From Octopus sinensis (Eukaryota): DNA of 64,000 nt. Positions within the stretch are counted from its first letter, which is position 1, and each line of letters begins with the position of its first letter. Shown here in pieces: positions 40,201-52,735 of this stretch. Both the position numbers and the translations under genes were made by a program. The notes below the pieces were generated by a model, which was given only the letters and a program-made list of their open reading frames with translations, was not told the origin of the DNA and searched no databases. Location: contig NC_043006.1 of NCBI RefSeq assembly GCF_006345805.1, positions 32,364,001-32,428,000 of the forward strand. The letters run 5' to 3'.

Positions 40201-40601
40201 CACATCTGCCTCGTTGTTTTCTCTTGGATTTTCTCAACGTCTTGAAATCCTGTTGCTTTCAAGTGGAATTTCTTTCAAATTTTGGTTTCGGGATCATAGC
40301 TATAGGCCCACGAATCATTAGCTTTATGCCCATTTTCAAAACTTTTTCATTTTTCTCAATACATTCCAAGAAAGTCTGGACAGATGAAATGCGATCTTCT
40401 TTTGAAGACGACAACACTCCACATACGTTATTTCCAAACACAGTTATAATCAACGGAAGGAAGCGAGAACGTTCTAATTTAGCGTGCATGCGCAATACTG
40501 TTCAAAGTCAATATGTACCAAGCAGCTTTCTTGTCTGTACTGAGCTCGGTTACTACAGCAACAGTCTCGATATTTTTTGATTAGACGTCGTGTTTATATA
40601 T

Positions 40602-40691
<90 letters not shown>

Positions 40692-40975
40692 TATATATAT
40701 ACAGTAAAAAAGGGTAGAATTAATTAATTGTTAATCAATTCGACCAAGCAGTATTCGGTATGTAAAATTTACGGTATATTTGAAGTATTAATTTATAAAA
40801 ATATGGTAAAGTAAAAAAATTCACTTTACCGCACACCGAACTTTTCAGAAATAGCAGCCAAAAATTTGGCTATTTCTTCAACTGCAAGTAAAAGTCTCCA
40901 GACAATGCATACTCAGAAAAATAACTCACATAGGTATAAGGGAAAAACAATAAAAGATCACATCCATATAAGATA

Positions 40976-41037
40976 CCCGAGAACAGCCTGTTTCTGGATT
41001 CGTGGGTTAAACGCCACCTTTCCTTCATCAGCTCAGA
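40976..41037 (-). ncRNA. Type I hammerhead ribozyme (mirror copy)
   Basis: Reverse complement of 41474-41535 with one stem II difference. Confidence 0.68.
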
Positions 41038-41473
41038 GATTTCTTCTGATTTGGATTTGAAAATACTAAGAACCAAACATACCTATCCGATATCTGTAAC
41101 ATCGGACAAACTATGCTGGACACCCAGTACTAGCGAATCCAAAAATACAAATGAGATCTATCATTCTCCCTGTCCACCCACGTGAGTCATAGAGTAGTGC
41201 ATTTCTACAGAGGCGAAAACTGTAGTTCAAATTCTAGGAGAGAAAGCATTATATTGTCAGTTTACTTTCTCTCCTAGAATTTGAACTACAGTTTTCGCCT
41301 CTGTAGAAATGCACTACTCTATGACTCACGTGGGTGGATAGGGAGAATGATAGATCTTATTTGTATTTTTGGATTCGCTAGTACTGGGTGTCCAGCATAG
41401 TTTGTCCGATGTTACAGATATCGGATAGGTATGTTTGGTTCTTAGTATTTTCAAATCCAAATCAGAAGAAATC

Positions 41474-41535
41474 TCTGAGCTGATGAAGGAAAAGTGGCGT
41501 TTAACCCACGAATCCAGAAACAGGCTGTTCTCGGG
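41474..41535 (+). ncRNA. Type I hammerhead ribozyme, dimer-type stem III
   Basis: UCUGAG-CUGAUGA-AGGAAAAGUGGCGUUUAACCCACGAAUCCA-GAAA-CAGGCUG-UU-CUCGGG: stem I of 6 bp (2 G.U), stem II GGA/UCC plus GUGG/CCAC, near-palindromic CAG-G-CUG stem III, GUU triplet. Confidence 0.68.
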
Positions 41536-41732
41536 TATCTTATATGGATGTGATCTTTTATTATTTTTCCCTTATACCTATGTGAGTTATTTTCTGAGTA
41601 TGCATTGTCTGGAGACTTTTACTTGCAGTTGAAGAAATAGCCAAATTTTTGGCTGCTATTTCTGAAAAGTTCGGTGTGCGGTAAAGTGAATTTTTTTTAC
41701 TTTACCATATTTTTATAAATTATATATATATA

Positions 41733-41807
<75 letters not shown>

Positions 41808-41842
41808 AAAAAAGAAGTTTGAAAACGCCACTATATTAGATA

Positions 41843-42225
41843 CTAGCAGTATCGCCCGGCGTTACTCGGGTTTGTAAGGGAAATAACTATAAAGCATTTT
41901 TAGAGAGTTATAACCAAAAAATAGCAAAAAATGGAAAAAAAATGATGGTAAATTTTTTTTGAGAGTTAAAAAGGTCGAGTTGCGTCCCCTAGACAGTCTG
42001 TGGTTTGTGTTTCTGATTCTCGACCCCATGTCGAATTTATCGATTTTTTTCAGAACTGGGGGAGCTTTTCAAAATTTTCGCTGCGTTAGTTTTGAATTAT
42101 GACATTGGGCTATGTGTGTGTCAAGTTTCATCAGAATCGGTTGAAAGCCGTGGTCAGCGTGAGGGTACAAGCAAACAGACACACAGAAACACACACAGAC
42201 AAACTGCCGTTTATATATAGAGAGA
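41843..42225 (-). mobile_element. Non-autonomous Helitron, 383 bp
   Basis: A|TC 5' end, CTAG|T 3' end, subterminal CCCG..CGGG hairpin; near-identical to 58799-59181. Confidence 0.92.
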
Positions 42226-42353
42226 TATACTTCTAATATAGGATAAAATAAAAAAAAAAAAAATTCATCAAAGTGGCCAGCATATTAAAATACCTTTAAA
42301 GGTGAAAATTATAAACAATTATAAGAATTATAAACAAGGGCAAACGAAAAAAG

Positions 42354-42488
42354 ATTTCTCTGCCAATATGCTGAGAATAGACTTTAAATCATCAATCACC
42401 ACATTACAATATACATTCATATACAATGTATATTGTAATGTGGTGATTGATGATTTAAAGTCTATTCTCAGCATATTGGCAGAGAAAT
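42354..42488. repeat. Perfect palindrome (64-bp arms, 7-bp loop)
   Basis: 42354-42417 vs 42425-42488; imperfect extension to about 42310 and 42522. Confidence 0.95.
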
Positions 42489-42515
42489 ATTTTTCTCTTC
42501 CCCTTGTAAATAATT

Positions 42516-42558
<43 letters not shown>

Positions 42559-42734
42559 ATATAATATATATATATATATACAAACTCAATGCAGTCACGT
42601 TATTTGGAGAAAGAGTTCCTTAAAAGTTTATTAATTATATATAAAAATTTTAGGAAAACAGAATGATACGAAACTTTTGGAAGGATGTATTCGTATCAGA
42701 AAAATTCCTTCCAAACGCTTCCGTGAGGGCGCCT

Positions 42735-43545
42735 CTACAATACTTGAACACCCAAACAACGATGGTCCCTTCTCTAGCTTGACTTTCGGCTAAACATCAG
42801 AGACAATGGAAAAGTTGACACGGTGTTATACCCGAGGTCAGCCTACCAGGACCTCTTTGTCCATTACAAGTGGGTCCTCCCTATCAGCGCTAAAATTACC
42901 TACGTAAATAACGAAATCATCTGGATGCTGAAGAGATTCAGTGACAACACCAGCCGTGATGCAGATGTTGCTCAGTTCCTGAAGATACTTGAGACCAACG
43001 GATCCCCAACGTCCGTTGTTATGTAATCACAAGGCAAATAAATGTGGCAAGAGGGATCTCGCTAAGACCTGCTTCTTATAGATTCTCTTCTTTAATGAGA
43101 GCCCTTCCCTATTTACAAGGCCACCAGCAGGGAAGACCTCGACATCCTACTGGCCTTTTCGGAACCGTCCTACGTAAGTATCTATCAAACAGGTGGTAAA
43201 ACGCCGAACAACAGCTCCGCACACTAAAGAATTACCTTTTTGAAACATAAACATGTGCATACATACATACATACATAGTATATCAGATACGGTTCTTCTG
43301 CTCCAAATGCTACTATTACATCAGTAGCACAGTACAACCACTCAACCTTTAGATAAAGAAGTATCTCACAACCAACGCATCTTCCTTCCACAAACGCTTA
43401 ACTAAACGTTGCAACGACACCAAAGAGACAGACACTTCCATGCTCCCCTAAGAGTAATGTAGGATACCCTCGAATAAAAGAAGCGATATTTATCCACCAC
43501 CTCAACCTGAAAATGAATAGTCGCACGGAGATGTTACGCCACTAA
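42735..43545 (+). pseudogene. Penelope-like element RT thumb and GIY-YIG endonuclease remnant
   Basis: LEHPNNDGPFSSLDFRLNI..LY..DLFVHYK..LP.SAK..FLKILETNGSP (PLE thumb), then VYQI..CSKC.YYISSTVQPLNL*IKKYL..SSFHK and RIKEAIFIHHLNLKMN (GIY-YIG). Confidence 0.82.
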
Positions 43546-44493
43546 CACCATCTTCCACCACCACCACCACCACCTCCACCACGTGAAAATATGTTCAACA
43601 GCTGGAAATTTGGTGCTGCTGGTAATTAAAGGCCGAGCAGTTTACCATAACAAAATCTTTGTAAATATACACATCTTAGACTGCTTTCTTCTGAAAATAG
43701 GACTTCGCATCCGAAATAAAAAGGATTTTTGCTTTACAAAATTTTCTACATTGTTAGAGGCTTTTCTTATTTCTCTTATCCTGCATTTTCTAATTATATA
43801 TATACATATATACATACATATGTATATATATGTGTGTGTGTGTGTCTGTGTGGGTATGTATATCTATATCTACATCTATATATATATCTGTATATATATA
43901 TATATAATATATATATATAATATATATATACACACACACACATACACACATATAGTGGAAGGTATTTTGTTTCTGTCCAATTAAACCATTCATTAACATG
44001 TTATTACAGATAGCTAATAACAATTATTCCTATTTTGATCGATACATGTTTTGTGAACGTTCTTCTTACTAACAATGTTGTTTTTTGCTGGTGTTTTTGT
44101 TGTTGCTTTTCTTGTTGTTGTTGCTGGTGGAGGTGTTGGCGTTGTTACCTAAACATTTACTTCTTACTTTTATTTTGTTTGTTCTTTAGTATTTTTGCGT
44201 GTATATTTTTCAAATTTTATTTATAGCAATCTTATTCATTATATGTTTCTGTGTGTCAATAAATCTGCAATCTATTTGGGAGGAAATATTTTTTATAAGC
44301 AATTTAATGAGGGAAAAAATTTATAAATGAAAATTATAATGAATATTTGCTATTACTTGTTTAAATCATATATGTGCATATATGTATGAGTGTGTATGTA
44401 TGTATGTATGTATGTATGTATGTATGTATGTATGTATGTATGTATGTATGTATTTGTATATATATGCAAGTTATATGCACACATATTTATATA

Positions 44494-44569
<76 letters not shown>

Positions 44570-46009
44570 CGTATATAAATATATATACGTGTACATATGT
44601 ATCTGCATATATAAATCGGTATGTTTATGTATGTAAGTATGACTGTGCGTACATATGTCTGCATGTATGTAAATGTGTATGTATGAATGCATTCAGAAGC
44701 TTTGTTTCTGTTGTTTTCGTTGACGTTATTATTCTTATGTGTTTCCATATTATTTTATCTTTGTTACTTGTTTTCAAATTTCTTTGCACGTCCTTTTATT
44801 ACATGTTATGTTTTGAAATTCTGTTTTCTTAGATTTTATTTTTTTCTGCTTTTTTTATTCTTTTATTTTCGGGTGTATGATTACAATTATTTTGTTTTAA
44901 TTTCAATTTTCTGAAGATATTCAAGATACTGCCATAATACATTGGCACGATTAAATAGAATATTTTTTACTTTATATTTTCTTAAATATATTTTCGTCTT
45001 CCATTGACATATTATTGCTTTATTTTTGATTTTTATCTTCTCATTATTTTGCTTAATATTTCATTATTACTCTAATTTTTTATCTTATTGTTTTATGCAT
45101 ATTTAAACGTTTTTGTTCATAATCTCTTTTTTTATTTTCTTTGTATTATAACTAATTATCCTCGTTTTTATATTCTTCTGTTTTAAATTAAACTATTTCG
45201 CTGTTTTTATTTATATATTAATTTTGGTTCTTATTTATTTTTTCTTATATTTTTGTTTAGTTTCTATTAAGATTTTTCTTTATAGGTTTAACTGTTTTGT
45301 TTATCTCAGTTTCGCGTTGGTTATTATGTTTCATGTTTTCTTCAAGCACGGTGAATGACTGTTCTCGTTAATTTAGCCATCTTCTACTGTGGCAGGCAGA
45401 CGATGCAGACCTCCTGTCTGCATGGTACGATGGAGACGGTAATGGTATAATTTGAACAAAATGAGCAAAGGGTAATAACTCGGAGTTGCCAGCGGCTTGT
45501 ATATAAGCAGAATAGATAAATACAGGTATATGAAATAACACCCTGATATATGAAAGTTATTTCCGCTTCTTAGAGTTTACGTAATAATTTCCAAATAGCA
45601 ATTTAGAATGGCACCACAAGAGAAGGAAGGATAACCTCTAGACTCAAAATCTCACCAAAGTCTGAGCCCTTTGGATAATGAGCAAATAGATCTTTCCAGA
45701 AGCAGCGTCCACTTTTTTCTTTAATGACACGCTAACTTCGGAGTATTCGTGAAAATTGAGATAATCGTCCCTTCTCAAGGGAAGCTGGCCTTAATTAGTA
45801 TTTAGTAATTATGATACTTCCTATAGAAATGGAGATAATTTTAGTAAATCAATAATTCAAAGTTGTATGGCATCTGATATATCTCTGTTTATGTTGTCTA
45901 AAGTGGAGCTGTTTCCGTTTCCGTTTTGTTCAATATGTCGTTGTCACTTGTTTATGTGTTGGTGATTTTGTTTGACATTTTTTAGCGTTCGTTCATATTT
46001 TAGTTCTTC

Positions 46010-46122
<113 letters not shown>

Positions 46123-46808
46123 GGTCGTTCTTCAGTTTGCCGTATTATTTATTTACATAAAGATGGATGACCATTTAATTTTAAGGAAACACAGAAAAAG
46201 AACAAAAGAGAAGGTGATGATTAAGCAGCAGAATATGGATGGGGAGAGAGCAATGGGTTATACATCTCCGGAACAAATTCCGTGTGCAATGGTGCTGCTG
46301 CAGACAAATGGCCAGCGACACCCACTGCCACAGAAATTTTACCTGGACGGGCACATTTCTTAGACGGGCCGCCATTATCCCTATTTTGTGAAGGAAATCA
46401 ATTTATATTTATTTTTATATTTAGTTAAAGATTTTTCTGTCTTCGTAAAAAATTATATTTTTAAAAATTTTATTCTTCTTTATACATTTTACCTCAGTTC
46501 AAACTCCTATAATTTATGACTTTATACTTATAAGTTGTATTTATAGTTTTTATTTTGTTTCCTTTTTTATGTTCTTTTTTCTATTATTCATGTTTAACTT
46601 TTGGTTCGTGACTTTTACTTACAATTTTTTACGTCTAACTATTTTGTTTCTTGTGCTTTCATGTTGTTTTAAATTTTTTCTGTTTGTTTAATAAGATGGA
46701 TGATCTAGTAGCATCGGCTTTGGTTAATGAGTTTTTTCCTCTTCTATATTTATATATTACTGCATTTTCCTGTATATTAGCTTGTTTGCGTTTCGATTAA
46801 GTTTTCCC

Positions 46809-46839
<31 letters not shown>

Positions 46840-46951
46840 CATACATACATACATACATACATACATACATACATACTCACACGCACACACATACATACAT
46901 ACATACATACATGCATACATACACACACACACACATATTTCAACCTGAATG

Positions 46952-47828
46952 CAGCATGGTTAAATACAATTGAGAGAGAATACTGAACCAACACTAACAG
47001 TAAAACAGGTAAAATTGATGCACAAACCTTCGCTATAGCAGTAGGCAAATTGCAGAATAGGAAGGCACCTGGAAGGGACCTGATAGTTGGATATTAGTAC
47101 AAGAAGCTGATTTTTATAGAAACCGATTCATATGTATGTCCAAAAGGACCTTGGAAGGTCAGACTGATATACCATGTTGGTATAATAGTCTGACAAGATT
47201 TGTCCTTGCTACAGCAAAGACAAATCTTGTTGCCAAAAATGAAATCACTGAGATGGCAGGAAACTACAGGTCCATTGCTTGCCTAAACATTATGTACAAA
47301 CTGTACACAAGTTGCCTCAACCAATTCCTCCAAGACCATTGTGAATCGAACAACACTGTGACTGATTAACAGGCTGGTGGAAAGAAGGGAGAGTGGGGAT
47401 GTGCCGAACAACTTTTAATAAACAAAGGTGTATTGTCTGAAGTAAAAAAACAACACAGAAACCTTGTGATAGTATGGCTTGGCTATAGGAAGGCATTCGA
47501 CTCAATCCCTCATTCATGACTGTTGAAGAGCCTACATCTAGCAAAGGTATTTACTAACTTAATTGCTGCTATAGAGAGACTCACAAAGACATGGGCAACA
47601 ATTCTTACCCTTACAACTGAGAACAGAATAATTGTTTCTGGTAGTAAAAGCATTACAAAGAGAATATTCCAGGGAGATAGTCTTTCTGTATTTCTTTTCA
47701 TTTTGGCACTGAATCCATTATCGTTCCTATTGCAGAAAACAAATGGTTACTTGCTAGAGTCTTCAACTGCCAGAAATATCAATGTAAATAATAATTTCTT
47801 TGTAGCCGAACTGAAGATTGTCGCTTGA
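46952..47828 (+). pseudogene. R4/Dong-clade reverse-transcriptase fragment
   Basis: KAPGRDLIVGY*YKK, NYRSIACLNIMYKLYTS, QAGGKKGEWGCAEQLLINK, WLGYRKAFDSIPH, IFQGDSLSVFLFILALNPLS and degenerate FFVAELK; in-frame stops. Confidence 0.9.
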
Positions 47829-47870
47829 CATATTGAAATATCAGCCAAGCATTCCTCAAATAATATATTA

Positions 47871-48994
47871 CTGGGTTGGCTCAAACTTTCGTTCGTTTTA
47901 TTTTAAGCGAAAATAAGACGGATGTTTTAAAACACAAAGCGATTTATTCGATCATTCCTGTATCTTCGGACATCTTGAGGCCAGATCCATTATTCAATGC
48001 TCAAAGAATTCCCTGTCTTTGTAAGCTACAAGCTCTTCCACGTGAAGTTTTAAATCATTTTCAGAGTTGACAGTCTTTCCAGTCAATGGATTTTGAGGAG
48101 ACAGAAACAGGTGGAAATTTGAAGGTAAGTTTGAGCGCATATGGGGTTGCGGCCAAACTTCTCAGCCAAACCCCAGTACTTTTTGCTACATCTGCAAAGA
48201 AGTGTATGATCTGGCATTGCCATGATGAAAGACAGAAGCAAACGCTAGACGTTTCTGGGAGATCGCTGCATTTAATCTGCTCAGTGGGTCACAGTGCACA
48301 TCCAAATTGATGTTACTGTCCGTGGGAAGCTCGTAAAAGCCAACACTCTTGTAATCCCACCAGATTGAAAGCATCACCATATTCGGGTGAAGTCCTGCTT
48401 TGGAGTTTCAAGTGGTGGTTTGCCGCACTTCATCATGATCGTTTACGTTTCACATTGTTATAAACGATCCATTTTTCTCCCATTCCATCATTCTATTAAA
48501 AAAAGGATGGTTTTCGTCATGTTTTTGCAACGAATCGCCGATGGAAATCCATGGGCTAATTTAGCCTTATTCAATTGATGTGTCACTCAAACATTGAGTC
48601 TGCTGACGCAACCAATTTAATGCAAATGGTTTTCAACACTCGATTTTGGATCTTGAAAATCCCTAAACCACTTCCTGTACACATATTCTGTAACAGCATC
48701 CTCTCCATATACAGCGTATATCTTCCTGAGGGCTCCCGCTGCTTTCTTGCCTTTTTAAAAATAAAAACAAAATATGAGGTGTGGATAATGTTCGTTTTAG
48801 TTCGCAATTTTCAGTGCGATCTGAAGCACACAAAATATTAACATAGGTCATCGCAAGTTCGCGTTGAATTACGTCGAAGTGTCACACAGTTAACGAGTGC
48901 GTACGCGCAAATGACAGACTCAAGTTTGGTACTTATTAAGAGTGCTTGAAGTTTAATGTCGACAAAATCTGAATGGACTTCATGGCCAACCTAA
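47871..48994 (-). mobile_element. Decayed mariner transposon
   Basis: TA flanks; termini CTGGGTTGGC / rc TTAGGTTGGC; EKWIVYNNVKRKRS, VMLSIWWDYKSV, VFHHGNARSYT and the C-terminal KDREFFEH*IMDL. Confidence 0.88.
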
Positions 48995-49461
48995 TACCAT
49001 TATTTAAAACGGGATATTACATTAGATGCTCTACGGTGGAAACAGTGAAATCAAAAATACTGAGAGAATTAACACAGGTTTATAAGAAGACAAACCATGT
49101 TAAACGACATAGAAAACACAAGTGACTGCACATTTTGTGAAATCAACACATTCCTAATATATTTCATAAAATGCATAACAGAAAATAGGAAACTAAAAAC
49201 CAATGAAGTTGAGTAAAAGATATTACAGCTGTTCACAAGCGTTAGATTAAATGCTTTGTAGTGTCTAGATTACATCTCTTTATTCGCTGAGTTAGTATTC
49301 CGCCGTCAATCAATTTTAGCGGGAAGAGATGAAATAAATACCAGTCTAGTTTTTGTTGACTTAATTCATTGGATTTGTATCAAAGAAGGTGAGATATGGT
49401 GTTGGGTGTTGATGCTCAAAACCGTATTACATTTGTGTGTGTGTGTGTATATATATATATG

Positions 49462-49496
<35 letters not shown>

Positions 49497-49501
49497 ATAT
49501 A

Positions 49502-49579
<78 letters not shown>

Positions 49580-49920
49580 GGGTGTTTGAGTGTGTGTGTG
49601 TGTTAGTGTGTTGCTGTTAATGAAATGATTCATGACAATCGACCAGATGTTTTATTTACACCAGCTGAAGAAACGGACGAAAAATTGTTTACAGTCAGTT
49701 GAGTATTGAGTAGGTATAAAAGAATAATCGAGGTGAAATGTGTTTGGTGCAATATTTTAGTCCACGATTTGAGATGTAAGAATTTCGTATATAACTTTGC
49801 TTTAAATATGAAAATAAAAACATTAAAAGTTAGAGATAAAATTTTAATAGCCTTAAAGAGGGGTGATCAATATTTGTACAGAAAAAGATGGAAGAGAAAA
49901 GAGAATGGAATATTATTATC

Positions 49921-50290
49921 AATGAAATGATATGATTCGTGACAATCGATCATATATTTCCTCCACGTCAGCTTATCAAAAGCGCAAAAAATATTTATCA
50001 ATGAAATGATTCGTGACAATCGACCAGATATTTCCTCCACATCAGCTTATCAAAAGCGCAAAAAATATTTATCAATGAAATGATTCATGACAATCGACCA
50101 GATATTTCCTCCACGTCAGCTTATCAAAAGCGCAAAAACATATTCACCAATGAAATGATTCGTGACCATCGACCAGATATTTCCTCCACGTCAGCTTATC
50201 AAAAGCGCAAAAACATATTTACCAATGAAATGATTCGTGACCATCGACCAGATATTTCCTTCATGTCAGCTTATCAAAAGAGCAAAAAAT
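49921..50290. repeat. 74-79-bp minisatellite, about 5 units
   Basis: AATGAAATGATTCGTGAC...TCAGCTTATCAAAAGCGC units start at 49921, 50000, 50074, 50149 and 50224. Confidence 0.95.
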
Positions 50291-50870
50291 ACATATCATT
50301 TATGTGGAATGTGAGGAGTACAGCATTTTCAACCACGGTTCCAAATGTAAGAGTTTCGAATATTAACTTGACGCTTTAAATATAAAGAGAAACATTAACA
50401 GTTAAAGTTTAAGAGATTATAAAAGAGTGAAAAGAGAAAGAGAGAGAAGAGGGAAAGATGCCTCAACGGTATACACCATATTACAAGGCGTAAACAGAAA
50501 CGAAGTGAAGGTATCAATATAAGTAGAAGGAGGCGACAATGCGAATGAAGTAAAAGAAAGAAGCGAGTAACTAGAAAGATGAGGTCAAAGATAAAGACAT
50601 AAAGTTGAGTTAATACGTATTAAGAAAGAAGTTAAGACCAGATACTTGACAAATAATAAATGAAATGTAATAAAAGCGAGATTCATCAAAGAAAGACATA
50701 GTGAAGCGTATTGAGAAGTCAAAGCATTCCAGCAGCATGGATAGATTTATAGAGATGAATAAAGAGAAACATGGTTGGACTGTTATAGACATAGGAACAA
50801 ACAAGTATTGTTCGGAAGATGTACATAAAAAATAAGGAATTGAACATGTGTGTGTATATGTATGTATATA

Positions 50871-50944
<74 letters not shown>

Positions 50945-51200
50945 GAAACACACACATACATATACACAAGAATACGGTGGTTGCGATCTCCACAGGACAG
51001 CTGATGAATGGAATATCCTGCAGCGTAAGAAATGTTCATCAAATGTATATAAAGTATATATATATATAAACACCTTGTGTGTATATACAAGTACGCACAC
51101 ACACACCTATGTCTGCATGTATATTTGTATAAGCATATATATATAATATATATATATATGCGTATATGCATATGCATTTATATATGTATGTGTGTGTATA

Positions 51201-51248
<48 letters not shown>

Positions 51249-52401
51249 CGTACATATACATACATGCATACATACGCATTCACGCGCTCAGTTTAAATAC
51301 ACACTCCCACACACACATACATACACTTGTTTGTAAATGTATACATGTATGTGCCATTGTGTACGCATGTATGCGCGCGTGTGTAGCTATACAGTCCTGT
51401 TTGACGGTCTGCAAAGTAATGTGTTTATATTCCTATGTTTACAATACTATGACGATATTATTTTTTCCTCTTCATCTCGGTAAAACTATCTCTGCTTGTG
51501 TACAGATTTGACGGAGTTTACATCTTGATATGTTTTAATTAAGTCTTTGTTTGATTAATGTCCTCTTTATTACAGTACGCTTATTATTTTCCAAACATCT
51601 TTTCAAATTTGCCATGTTTTAATTTCTTTCCCAATACGTTTAAAACTTCCCCCACTATCTCCCCTCCCACCTCTCTCCCCACCCCTCTCTCCCCTCCCCC
51701 TCTCTCCCCTCTTCTCTTACTTCTACTTAAACTGTATTGTTTATTGATCTTTTACTTTACATTTTACTATTTGTATTTACTGTCGGGGACTGCTGTTATT
51801 CGATTCCTTTCAATCTGTCTCTCACAACACACTCTTCACTTATACCTCTTCTTTCCGCTCTACTCGATTATGTTCTTAACTTTTAATGTTCCATTTACTA
51901 TATATAAATTGTCCAATTTATATTTAAAATCTCTTACATTTAAAACTAAGATCTGAAAGAGTCTCCACATAGATCTCTTAGCGACGATTACATCTGTACA
52001 TGGTGTTAACTCTTATTTTCATTCGTCTGGTAAGTTGTAAGTGAAGTTATTCTACCGACTGGATCACGAATCATTCCATTGATAATACATATTTATTCTT
52101 ATCGTTAAATTCTGTGTTATTTTCTTTATTTGAGGGCGATTATGGTTAATAACTGTCAGCTATTATATATGTATGTGTCTGCGCATGTGTGAATGTCTAT
52201 ATAGCATCCTGGTTGAGAAGGATAGATTAGAGAGTATAGAGCTTAAAATGGCGAAGAGGTTTTAAAACTTCCTGGTAGACTGACAAGAAAATCTTTTAAT
52301 TATATTGGATTGAAAATGTTAAAAAAAAATAGAACTAGCTTCAACGAAAGCAATCAATAACGGTATCTAAAACCCTATTATGCATAAATACATATATTTA
52401 A

Positions 52402-52439
<38 letters not shown>

Positions 52440-52442
<3 letters not shown>

Positions 52443-52626
52443 GACTGGCTCTTTTCAGTTTCCGTCTACCAAATCCACTCACAAGGCTTTGGTCGGCCCT
52501 AGTATATAGTAGAAGACACTTTCCTAAGGTGCAGTGAAACCTTAGGAAAGTGTCTTCTACTATATACTAGGGCCGACCAAAGCCTTGTGAGTGGATTTGG
52601 TAGACGTAAACTAAAAAAAGCCAGTC

Positions 52627-52698
<72 letters not shown>

Positions 52699-52704
52699 AA
52701 TATG

Positions 52705-52735
<31 letters not shown>

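Larger units (their letters stand above)
40789..41722. repeat. Long inverted repeat (458-bp arms, 18-bp spacer), Penelope-like pseudo-LTR pair between (TA)n tracts
   Basis: 40789-41246 is the reverse complement of 41265-41722 with about 6 differences by eye; hammerhead in each arm. Confidence 0.95.

Noticed and set aside
41625-41690. Second hammerhead in the 41-kb palindrome arm (TTGAAGA...GAAA)
   Set aside because: The AAATAGC/GCTATTT hairpin is real, but spacing to GAAA is off and stems I and III do not form.
47828-49270. Mariner inserted into and splitting the Dong RT
   Set aside because: I could not find the RT continuation after 48996, so adjacency is supported but nesting is not.
49921-50290. 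CRISPR-like array
   Set aside because: Units are contiguous near-identical tandem copies with no unique spacers, no cas genes, and the context is eukaryotic.
50990-51045. CTGATGA...GAAA motif
   Set aside because: No stem I complement and no valid stem III; possibly a decayed PLE end but unsupported.
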